Below are positions 18,916-25,581 of a stretch of 55,457 bases of DNA, one piece after another. The stretch spans positions 1 through 55,457 of IMG/VR virus record IMGVR_UViG_3300045988_047237. The stretch is one strand, 5' to 3'. The notes under the pieces are model-generated. The model did no database searches. It was not told where the DNA came from and saw nothing but the letters and a program-made list of their open reading frames with translations. Within the stretch, counting starts at the first letter, position 1; every line of letters begins with the position of its first letter. Origin of the DNA: a virus. The translations under genes and the position numbers were made by a program.

Positions 18916-19230
18916 ATGGTTATTTTCAGACAACATAAAGGTGGATTAGCTGAATCCCTAAAAACAGCAAGGGAATTTGAAAACTTTGATGATATGAAAA
19001 AATACATATACCAAATTCACAAAGACTTTTGCCAAGAGATAGGAGCGGCAAATGCACCATTTGAAATATCAGACATTGTAATTGACCATACTTCAAAAAT
19101 AGAAGATGCGAGAACAAATTGGCACGATACAATGTATGTTTGCGTTAAACGATACGGAGATGAAGATTATATTAAGAAATACGGAACTCCGCAATGCATA
19201 GGAATGTGTGCGACAGACTACAAAAAGTAA
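18916..19230 (+). CDS. hypothetical protein
   Basis: 104-aa ORF after aaaggag. Confidence 0.55.
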   Translation: MVIFRQHKGGLAESLKTAREFENFDDMKKYIYQIHKDFCQEIGAANAPFEISDIVIDHTSKIEDARTNWHDTMYVCVKRYGDEDYIKKYGTPQCIGMCATDYKK

Positions 19231-19246
19231 ATAATGGATTTTTAAG

Positions 19247-19278
19247 CCATCAACTAATATTCAGTTGGTGGTTTTTTT
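19247..19278 (+). terminator. intrinsic terminator
   Basis: 9-bp stem 19247-55/19263-71 followed by ttttttt. Confidence 0.65.
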
Positions 19279-19303
19279 ATTTTATGAAAGAGAGGAAAGA
19301 AAA

Positions 19304-19729
19304 ATGGCAGAATTTTCAACAGTTGCCGCGCAGACTGTAGCGGCAAACAGCAATGTGTTATTCACAGATACAACATCTAGCTGCAACAAGGGTTGTATTA
19401 TGCATAGAGCCGGTAGCGGTCAGATACAGGTTAAAGGTGCGACTAACAGCTGTCGCGCAAAGTACAGAGTAGAGTTTTCCGGTAACATCGCGGTGCCTAC
19501 CGGCGGAACAGCCGGAGCAATCTCTCTTGCGATTGCAATAAACGGAGAACCGGACTTATCAACACTTGCGATTTCTACTCCGGCGGCAGTAGAAGAGTTT
19601 AACAATGTCGCTATGGCAACAGATGTATGGCTCCCTTGCGGATGTTGTGAACAAATATCGGTTAAAAACACTTCAACGCAGGCGATTAGTGTGGCAAATG
19701 CCAACATCACGGTTAATCGCGTAGGTTAG
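19304..19729 (+). CDS. hypothetical protein, possibly BclA-C-terminal/C1q-like fold
   Basis: ATG 19304 after agaggaaag. GAISLAIAINGEP...ISVKNTS...ANITVNR resembles exosporium BclA C-terminal domains (weak, from memory). Confidence 0.4.
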   Translation: MAEFSTVAAQTVAANSNVLFTDTTSSCNKGCIMHRAGSGQIQVKGATNSCRAKYRVEFSGNIAVPTGGTAGAISLAIAINGEPDLSTLAISTPAAVEEFNNVAMATDVWLPCGCCEQISVKNTSTQAISVANANITVNRVG

Positions 19730-19740
19730 GAGGTGGCAGT

Positions 19741-20331
19741 ATGGACGTATCAAGAATGCACGATATGATAGAAAAACTTTCAGAGTGTGCCAAAGCCGAA
19801 CTTGACAAGGGAACAGAGCACATTGACGCGGACGAAATGGGTAAAGTTACAGATATGCTCAAAGACCTTGCTGAAGCTATGTATTACCGTATTCTGACAG
19901 AAGAAATGGAAGAAGATGGTGGCAGACGTTTCTATGACGATTACCGCTATAAAACAACCGGAAGATTTGCACCAAAGGGCAAAGGAACATATGTCGGCAG
20001 GCACGGCTATGAAGAACCGCCTTATTGGCATATGACACCGGAGATGTACCGCGATATGGATAAATCCTATGGCAGAATGTACTTTACAGAGCCGGCAACA
20101 ATGGATAGCGGAAGAACCGAAAGCCGTTACGACACGGCAAAGAGACATTACACCGAAACGAGGGATATGCACCGCGAGAACACAAAGGAAGATAAAGAGC
20201 ACAAGATGAAAGCACTTGATGAGTACATCAAGGAACTTGCCGGAGACATTACGGATATGATTGACGGTATGACAGCAGAAGAGAAAGCCTTGGCAAAATC
20301 TAAACTGTCAACATTAGTCACAAAGATGTAA
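19741..20331 (+). CDS. hypothetical charged (Asp/Glu/Arg/Tyr-rich) protein
   Basis: 196-aa ORF after aggaggtgg. Confidence 0.55.
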   Translation: MDVSRMHDMIEKLSECAKAELDKGTEHIDADEMGKVTDMLKDLAEAMYYRILTEEMEEDGGRRFYDDYRYKTTGRFAPKGKGTYVGRHGYEEPPYWHMTPEMYRDMDKSYGRMYFTEPATMDSGRTESRYDTAKRHYTETRDMHRENTKEDKEHKMKALDEYIKELAGDITDMIDGMTAEEKALAKSKLSTLVTKM

Positions 20332-20398
20332 CTACAATGCCGTGGTAACGCGCATATTGACGTTATCACGGCGGTTTATATGATGTTGGAGGAAATAT

Positions 20399-20722
20399 AT
20401 GGTAATTGAGATAAACGGCTCATTATGGCGAATACAAGCCGTAGACGGGCATAATAAATTATTAATCCGCAGTGACGGTGTATACACTTTGGGCGTGACG
20501 GACAACAATGTTAAAACTATATACATTAAGCAAGGATTGTCTGACCGTATGTTTGATAAAGTTTTGTGCCACGAACTGACACACGCATATGCCTTTGAGT
20601 ACGGATATTTCCTCGACATCAAGACCGAGGAAATAGTCGCCGACTTTATGTCGCTGTATGGCAGGAAGATTGTATATATGGCCGAGGAAATTATAAGAAA
20701 TGTACTAAGGAGGGCATTATGA
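20399..20722 (+). CDS. small HExxH metallopeptidase-like protein
   Basis: CHELTHAYAFEYG contains HExxH in an ImmA/SprT-like context. Confidence 0.5.
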   Translation: MVIEINGSLWRIQAVDGHNKLLIRSDGVYTLGVTDNNVKTIYIKQGLSDRMFDKVLCHELTHAYAFEYGYFLDIKTEEIVADFMSLYGRKIVYMAEEIIRNVLRRAL

Positions 20723-20856
20723 TTGACCTTAAGGCACTTTATGAAAGAGTGCAGAAAACTAATCCAGAAATCACTGAAAACAAAATTCGTGAAGAAATCG
20801 GGAAATCTGAATACGGAGCAAAAGCGCTCATTATATCTACGGCGGATAAAAAATAG
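20719..20856 (+). CDS. hypothetical small protein (45 aa)
   Basis: ATGA overlap with the upstream stop. Confidence 0.4.
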   Translation: MIDLKALYERVQKTNPEITENKIREEIGKSEYGAKALIISTADKK

Positions 20857-20858
20857 TG

Positions 20859-20887
20859 TTGACAAATAGCAAACTGCACTGTATTAT
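20859..20887 (+). promoter_or_regulatory. sigma-A-type promoter of a short transcript
   Basis: TTGACA (20859-64), 17 nt, TATTAT (20882-87). Confidence 0.6.
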
Positions 20888-20893
20888 AATAGC

Positions 20894-20995
20894 AAATATT
20901 AATAGTATCCATTTTGGAATGTAAAGATTTACTCGAAATATATAATAAATAGACACATTATGGAAAAGTCATAGGCTATCTATGACTTTTATTAC
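20894..20995 (+). ncRNA. candidate small RNA: CRISPR-repeat-like 5' segment, ~38-nt unique segment, terminator hairpin
   Basis: No ORF. Predicted 5' end ...attaatagtatccattttggaatgtaaag (to 20925). 11-bp stem 20964-74/20980-90 plus T-rich tail. Confidence 0.45.
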
Positions 20996-21016
20996 TTTTC
21001 GGAGGTACGAATATAT

Positions 21017-21721
21017 ATGAAAGTGGTAAAATTAAAGACATTCCAACAAATGGCACATTTCAGAGACCATATGGCACCGTGCGGAGCAGATTGCTACCCC
21101 TTACCGCCATTCAGTACAGTATGTGGCCTGATACACAATTTATGTCAGTGGACATCCTATCATCCTTTAGACTTCTTTATTTCCGGCAAGGGAATTATGA
21201 ATACCGAGGTCAGACGTGAATGGCAAGGCGGTTATCATTTTAAAACGGTAAATGCGGACGCAAAAAAACGATGGGACGTAATCACGGACGATGAAAACGA
21301 CTCACATACCGGTTGGGTAGGAGCTATAAAAAACCATGCGATGCTTACTGACCTTAATCTGACAATTTACATCAAAGCTGATGATGAGGATCTGAATGCA
21401 ATATACAAAGCATTAATTAATCCTCCGATTTATCCGTCATTGGGCGAATATGGAGATTTATGCGACATACAAAGTGTTGAAATAATCGACTTAACGGAGT
21501 ATGGCGAACCGCAAACCGGAGAATTATCAGAACCGGCGTATATACCGGTAGACAAATTCGGCCGCAGCTGTCTCGGCACTGTTTATTTATTGAATAACCG
21601 ATACACTATTGTAAGAAAGCATAGACGTTTTGAAAAGGTACGATGTTTTTGGGCGGATAAAGGGCAGAAGATAGACAGCAAATTATTTGATGGCGATGCA
21701 CCGATAGTATTTATAGAGTAA
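21017..21721 (+). CDS. cas5: Cas5-like RAMP protein (type I-B Cas5 homolog), orphan
   Basis: N-terminus KLKTFQQMAHFRDH....CYPLPPFSTVCGLIHNLC matches the Cas5 hallmark (AhFR ... sYPlPPpSTv.Gl). Later YPSLGEYGDL..I..V.I and YIPVD...GTVYLLN fit the I-B Cas5 layout. 234 aa. No other cas genes in the window. Confidence 0.6.
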   Translation: MKVVKLKTFQQMAHFRDHMAPCGADCYPLPPFSTVCGLIHNLCQWTSYHPLDFFISGKGIMNTEVRREWQGGYHFKTVNADAKKRWDVITDDENDSHTGWVGAIKNHAMLTDLNLTIYIKADDEDLNAIYKALINPPIYPSLGEYGDLCDIQSVEIIDLTEYGEPQTGELSEPAYIPVDKFGRSCLGTVYLLNNRYTIVRKHRRFEKVRCFWADKGQKIDSKLFDGDAPIVFIE

Positions 21722-21754
21722 AAAATAAGGGATATGCCAAAAGTCATATCCCTT

Positions 21755-22021
21755 TTAACATATAGAATTTTCCATTTTCAGCAAAGCCAACAGCATAGAT
21801 GCTTTCATCAATTTGTGACTCTCATATTCTCTCAATTCAAATGGTGGTTTGCCCTCTTCAACAAAATTGTAATCAATGTAGAGCGTTACGCCTTTTGCCC
21901 TCATAGTAACGACATCTACCATCATATCGCCGCCAAATTCAGCAATATCATCCTCTAATTCCTTGATTAAATCTTCGCATTCGTAGGAAATTCTTTCCCC
22001 TTGATGATTTATTAATGGCAT
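21755..22021 (-). CDS. hypothetical protein
   Basis: 88-aa ORF after aggagg on the minus strand (rc of 22026-32). Confidence 0.55.
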   Translation of the reverse strand: MPLINHQGERISYECEDLIKELEDDIAEFGGDMMVDVVTMRAKGVTLYIDYNFVEEGKPPFELREYESHKLMKASMLLALLKMENSIC

Positions 22022-22071
22022 ATATATCCTCCGTAAAATTTAAAAATTTTTTTTGAGACTTTTTTCGCGTT

Positions 22072-22257
22072 TCACTGGTTTTCTGTGCAATTATTTATAC
22101 AATCAATAATAAATCCATTCAGCCCCTTAAAACCTTTCTTTTTCGCTAAAGCAAGCCACTCATCTTTTTTGCCCTTTGGTGCCATAACAGTTATTCGGTC
22201 ATAGTTTTTTTCATTCCATCTATTTTTAACTTCTGCTGATGTTTTCGACTTTGACAT
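22072..22257 (-). CDS. ribbon-helix-helix (Arc/CopG-like) DNA-binding protein
   Basis: Pattern K..W...NYDRI.V..PKGKK.....A...G.....FI typical of small RHH regulators. Confidence 0.5.
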   Translation of the reverse strand: MSKSKTSAEVKNRWNEKNYDRITVMAPKGKKDEWLALAKKKGFKGLNGFIIDCINNCTENQ

Positions 22258-22286
22258 GGCGTTCTCCTTTTTTTATGAATTATACT

Positions 22287-22330
22287 ACTTTTTAAAGTAT
22301 GTTGCAATACTTTATAAAGTATGTTATAAT
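22287..22330. promoter_or_regulatory. two palindromic operators overlapping a divergent promoter
   Basis: actttttaaagt (22287-98) and actttataaagt (22309-20). TTGCAA (22302-07), 17 nt, TGtTATAAT (22322-30). Confidence 0.55.
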
Positions 22331-22356
22331 AGATATTAGAAAGGCAGGTGCTTATA

Positions 22357-23115
22357 ATGGCAAGTTTAGATACCATTGGTGGTTTACATTATGAAATGAT
22401 GAGAAGATGTTATAATGAGAAATCCATAGCTTATAAGGATTACGGTGCCAAAGGAATTGAGGTCTGTGATGAATGGAAAGACAGAGAAAAATTTAGAAAA
22501 TGGTGTAAAGAAAACGGTTGGAATAAAAATCTACGATTGAATAGAAAAGATGGATCAAAAAATTATTGCCCTGATAATTGCTATTTTGGCAATAAATCGA
22601 CGAAAAAGAAAAATTCTATGTCTCAAATAACGAAGAAAAAAATTAAAGCAAATAAATTAAAAAAAGAGAAAGCTGGAATAATAGGGAAAATCAATGAAGA
22701 TCCGCTTTATTACACATTTCATGGAATGCATTCAAGATGTGAAAATAAAAGCCACTCAAGTTACAAAAATTATGGCGGAAGAGGAATTTCAGTATGCAAA
22801 GAATGGAGTGGAAAGAATGGATTTTTTAATTTCAAAAAATGGGCAGTCAACAATGGGTGGAGCAAGGAATTGTCAATAGACCGAAAAGACAATAATAAAG
22901 GATATTGTCCAAATAATTGTAAATTTTCAACTAGAATTGAACAAAATTTTCACAGAAGAAGCAATATATATTATGAATATTGTGGTGTGAATATTCCACT
23001 AGGAATGATTGCAAAATTAGAAAATATTAAGTATGGATTGTTGTATACTAGGGTAAGGAAAAAAGGAATGAGTGTTGACGAAGCATTAAGAGATATAAGA
23101 AATAAATTTAATTAA
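22357..23115 (+). CDS. tandem-duplicated DNA-binding / HNH_3-like protein
   Basis: Two copies of Y..M..RC.N.....YK.YG..GI.VC.EW.....F..W...NGW......DRKD..K.YCP.NC.F. Family assignment uncertain. Confidence 0.45.
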   Translation: MASLDTIGGLHYEMMRRCYNEKSIAYKDYGAKGIEVCDEWKDREKFRKWCKENGWNKNLRLNRKDGSKNYCPDNCYFGNKSTKKKNSMSQITKKKIKANKLKKEKAGIIGKINEDPLYYTFHGMHSRCENKSHSSYKNYGGRGISVCKEWSGKNGFFNFKKWAVNNGWSKELSIDRKDNNKGYCPNNCKFSTRIEQNFHRRSNIYYEYCGVNIPLGMIAKLENIKYGLLYTRVRKKGMSVDEALRDIRNKFN

Positions 23116-23161
23116 GATTTTATTGCTGTTGCTTTTATCCCCATAGGTTCCAAATTTTCAT

Positions 23162-23188
23162 CCGAAAATCTCGTTTTCGGAGGTTTTT
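23162..23188 (+). terminator. intrinsic terminator
   Basis: Stem ccgaaaa/ttttcgg (23162-68/23174-80), then T-run 23184-88. Confidence 0.55.
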
Positions 23189-23578
23189 GAAAGAAAAATT
23201 TTTCTACAATTTTGGTGCTAAAAATTTTCAATCCCCCCCTACCTTTGTATATGGCACCCGAAAAACCGTTTTCAACATTTTCTCATTTTCGCGTGAAATT
23301 TCCGAAAATTTTTTTCAACAGTTCTGAACGATTTCAGATTTCGGGTACACCGGTCCTACTACTCGGCAGAAGCAAGACACACACCGCCGGAATGCTGCCG
23401 GCGTTCATCTGATCCGGTGCGCAATGGCAGAATTTGCCGCGTAGAATTGTTCGCGAAAATGGCGCAATTAGCCGCTAGACTAACCGGCACAAAGGCGCGA
23501 AACGGTACAATTAAGTCAATTATAAGCCGGCTAGAGTCGTAAGTCAATATTTAATTACAGCCAGGGGAGACCGGCACG

Positions 23579-23602
23579 AAAAAAGAGGGCACGGATGCCC
23601 TC
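23579..23602 (-). terminator. intrinsic terminator of the minus-strand operon
   Basis: Stem 23585-90/23597-602 with an A-run on the plus strand (a T-run on the minus strand). Confidence 0.6.
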
Positions 23603-23860
23603 TTATAACAGTTGTTCGTCAACCTCGTTATCGCTTAATCCTTCTAAGCTGTCAACGTACACCGCGCATTCGTAATTGTCAGTAATTATCCACACGCAAT
23701 CCCGACCGTTTCGGCATCCGTTCAACGTAATGATGCTATCGTCTATCCATCGTTGAATGTCTTCATCATTGAGGGCATACGCATAATCTCCGAGTGCCTC
23801 CGTAATTGCTTTTCGTTCCTGCTCCGTGACCTCGCGGCCGTGATACCATTGCAACTCCAT
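23603..23860 (-). CDS. small acidic hypothetical protein
   Basis: 85-aa ORF after aggagg (rc); Asp/Glu-rich. Confidence 0.55.
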   Translation of the reverse strand: MELQWYHGREVTEQERKAITEALGDYAYALNDEDIQRWIDDSIITLNGCRNGRDCVWIITDNYECAVYVDSLEGLSDNEVDEQLL

Positions 23861-23912
23861 TTTTCGTTACCTCCTAAATTTAATTTATCCGCCCACCTTG
23901 GAGCGGTAACAC

Positions 23913-23937
23913 CGCGCCCCGGAATTGAACCGGTGCG
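23913..23937 (-). other. intergenic hairpin with tRNA T-loop-like loop (TTCAATT on the minus strand)
   Basis: 8 of 9 bp stem 23913-21/23929-37 with a 7-nt loop. Confidence 0.5.
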
Positions 23938-23952
23938 CATCCTCTGCGGCGG

Positions 23953-24237
23953 CTACTCTACATACTCCATACGTTCCCAACCGGCGCGGATAATCTCCTC
24001 GTCGTCAAGGTCGCCGGCGTTGTGTTTCAAAATATTAAAATATTCTACCCACGAAACGGTATCGATTGTTTCGCCGCCCTCATCGTAGAGTTTCCAATAA
24101 TTATCCCGGACGAAATCCGCTATGTCTGATGCGTCCGCCGTGGCTCCGTCACTTTCGGCATATCCGGCAGCGGTTAAGAGTTCCGCACCCTGCTCATAGT
24201 TCAATTCCTTTAATTCTTCAATGTCAACTTTTGTCAT
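23953..24237 (-). CDS. small acidic hypothetical protein (candidate DNA mimic / anti-restriction)
   Basis: ATG at 24237 (minus) after aggagg; 94 aa, strongly Asp/Glu-rich. Confidence 0.5.
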   Translation of the reverse strand: MTKVDIEELKELNYEQGAELLTAAGYAESDGATADASDIADFVRDNYWKLYDEGGETIDTVSWVEYFNILKHNAGDLDDEEIIRAGWERMEYVE

Positions 24238-24290
24238 ATCTGTTGACCTCCTTTTTGTTTTATAATACCCCATAACGGGGTTAAAAGCAA

Positions 24291-24311
24291 TCCGGGGAGT
24301 TGAACCCCGGA
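24291..24311 (-). other. intergenic hairpin with T-arm-like sequence (CCGGGGTTCAACTCCCCGG on the minus strand)
   Basis: 7-bp stem 24291-97/24305-11, 7-nt loop. Confidence 0.5.
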
Positions 24312-24335
24312 CAATGGCCGCCCGGCTTGCCTTAA

Positions 24336-24590
24336 TTATGCGAATTTTTCGACTTTTCGCCGTTTTCTTTCGTTCTCGGCGGCGCTGATACTTGAATCAT
24401 CGAATACAACATTATACCCATCATTCATTAAAGCCTTTGCCATCTCAAACGGATTAATATCAGGGAAGTGACAGACATATTCAACGACGTTAAACCTTAT
24501 CTGCCCATGCATCCCGCCCAATTTTTCCAAATCTTTTTTGTAAAAATTAAAAATTCTAGCTTCCTTTTCTTCTAAAGTTTCTATTATCAT
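24336..24590 (-). CDS. hypothetical protein
   Basis: 84-aa minus-strand ORF in the operon. Confidence 0.5.
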   Translation of the reverse strand: MIIETLEEKEARIFNFYKKDLEKLGGMHGQIRFNVVEYVCHFPDINPFEMAKALMNDGYNVVFDDSSISAAENERKRRKVEKFA

Positions 24591-24608
24591 AATATATACC
24601 TCGCTTTC

Positions 24609-24791
24609 TTAATCAAGGAACTTCTCAAGTTCTTTATCTGTCATATTGTCAACTTTTCGGCGTGCCGCTATCGGTTCCATTCCCATTTCTGCGATAAAAT
24701 AGGCGTATACGATAGCCTCGAACGTGTGCCGTTCGGGTTTGGCCTTATAGCCTTTGATACTTACAGATGCCGAACTAATTAAATCAACCAT
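24609..24791 (-). CDS. hypothetical protein
   Basis: 60-aa ORF; first gene downstream of the minus-strand promoter-leader copy. Confidence 0.5.
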   Translation of the reverse strand: MVDLISSASVSIKGYKAKPERHTFEAIVYAYFIAEMGMEPIAARRKVDNMTDKELEKFLD

Positions 24792-24843
24792 TTTATTTTA
24801 CCTTTGCAGCTTTGCGGCTGCCCTTTCTTTATTTGATATATTC

Positions 24844-24872
24844 ATTATAGCGCACAAAAGCTATAATGTCAA
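24844..24872 (-). promoter_or_regulatory. sigma-A promoter (minus strand), copy 1 of the duplicated promoter-leader
   Basis: Minus strand reads TTGACA, 17 nt, TATAAT. Confidence 0.65.
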
Positions 24873-24905
24873 TAGCTTTTGCAAATATTTTTTGAAAAAT
24901 TTATC

Positions 24906-24934
24906 TTGACATTTCGCGCTATAATCTATATAGT
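24906..24934 (+). promoter_or_regulatory. promoter of the HTH gene
   Basis: TTGACA (24906-11), 17 nt, TATAGT (24929-34). The spacer holds a third gcgctataat copy. Confidence 0.5.
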
Positions 24935-24991
24935 AGATTTAAAGATTTTCAACCGGAGCCGATCCGCTCCAGAATGGAGGTACATAATAAT

Positions 24992-25219
24992 ATGATGAAA
25001 TATAAGATAGATATATTCGCAGCACTCAAGGCGCGCGGATATTCTCAATCGCAATTATTGAAGAACAAAACATTGTCAAGCAGGACGGCGGCACTAATCA
25101 GATCCGGCGAAATGGTAACGCCTGAGATAATCAACCGGATTTGTCTATTATTAAGATGCCAGCCGGGCGACATCTTGGAAGTCATCCCGACGGATGCCGA
25201 AAAAATCAAATATTTTTAA
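24992..25219 (+). CDS. Cro/C1-type HTH transcriptional regulator (HTH_26-like)
   Basis: IDIFAALKARGYSQSQL.....LSSRTAALIRSG..V....INRICLLLRCQPGDILE is the typical short XRE-type pattern. Confidence 0.7.
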   Translation: MMKYKIDIFAALKARGYSQSQLLKNKTLSSRTAALIRSGEMVTPEIINRICLLLRCQPGDILEVIPTDAEKIKYF

Positions 25220-25235
25220 AAAATTAAAATAAGGT

Positions 25236-25264
25236 ATTGACAGCATAGCGCAAGCGCGCTATAA
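25236..25264 (+). promoter_or_regulatory. sigma-A promoter (plus strand), copy 2 of the duplicated promoter-leader
   Basis: TTGACA (25236-41), 17 nt, TATAAT (25259-64). The spacer contains palindrome atagcgc-aagc-gcgctat. Confidence 0.65.
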
Positions 25265-25317
25265 TGAATATATCAAATAAAGAAAGGGCGTTACAGTAAC
25301 GCAAATGGTAAATAATC

Positions 25318-25509
25318 ATGAATAAAGAGGACATGAAAAAATATAAACAGGTTACAGAAGTAACCCGCGAGGAATGTTACATGGGTACCAGAGAATGTAA
25401 TTCATGTATGCACGAGTTCCCCGGACATTATGCCGTTGATTGTATGAAAACGGACGTAACACCGGACACGCCGAGCGTGTGCCTTGTGTGTAAAAAAACG
25501 GATAAATAA
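25318..25509 (+). CDS. hypothetical Cys-rich protein
   Basis: 63-aa ORF downstream of leader copy 2. Confidence 0.5.
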   Translation: MNKEDMKKYKQVTEVTREECYMGTRECNSCMHEFPGHYAVDCMKTDVTPDTPSVCLVCKKTDK

Positions 25510-25517
25510 ATAAGATT

Positions 25518-25541
25518 GAGCGCCTCCGGGCGCTCTTTTTT
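25518..25541 (+). terminator. intrinsic terminator
   Basis: gagcgcc-tccg-ggcgctc followed by tttttt. Confidence 0.8.
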
Positions 25542-25581
25542 ATTGCTCAAAAATGCCGTAAAATAAGGGGTTGCGCGGTTC

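Larger units (their letters stand above)
24820..25288. repeat. perfect 34-bp inverted repeat pair (24820-24853 and 25255-25288) flanking the HTH gene
   Basis: gcgctataatgaatatatcaaataaagaaagggc occurs on the minus strand at 24820-53 and on the plus strand at 25255-88. Confidence 0.9.

Noticed and set aside
20894-20995. A bona fide CRISPR array next to the cas5-like gene.
   Set aside because: Only a single repeat-like unit is present. A second weak match (cattatggaa at about 20956) has the wrong spacing and decays after 10 nt. No repeat-spacer periodicity exists anywhere in the window.
23212-23547. ORFs 23212-23412 (+) and 23359-23547 (-) in the 490-bp gap.
   Set aside because: They overlap each other, lack RBSs, have proline/arginine-rich odd composition, and lie beyond the terminators of both flanking units.
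23881-24335. Complete minus-strand tRNA genes at the T-arm-like hairpins.
   Set aside because: Only T-arm-like stem-loops are present. No complementary acceptor 5' strand, D arm or anticodon arm can be drawn in the available intergenic space.
24820-25288. An invertible (phase-variable) DNA switch bounded by the 34-bp inverted repeats.
   Set aside because: Both repeat copies carry outward-facing promoters that would be unchanged by inversion. No invertase gene is adjacent. Promoter-leader duplication is the simpler reading. Long reads showing both orientations would still test it.
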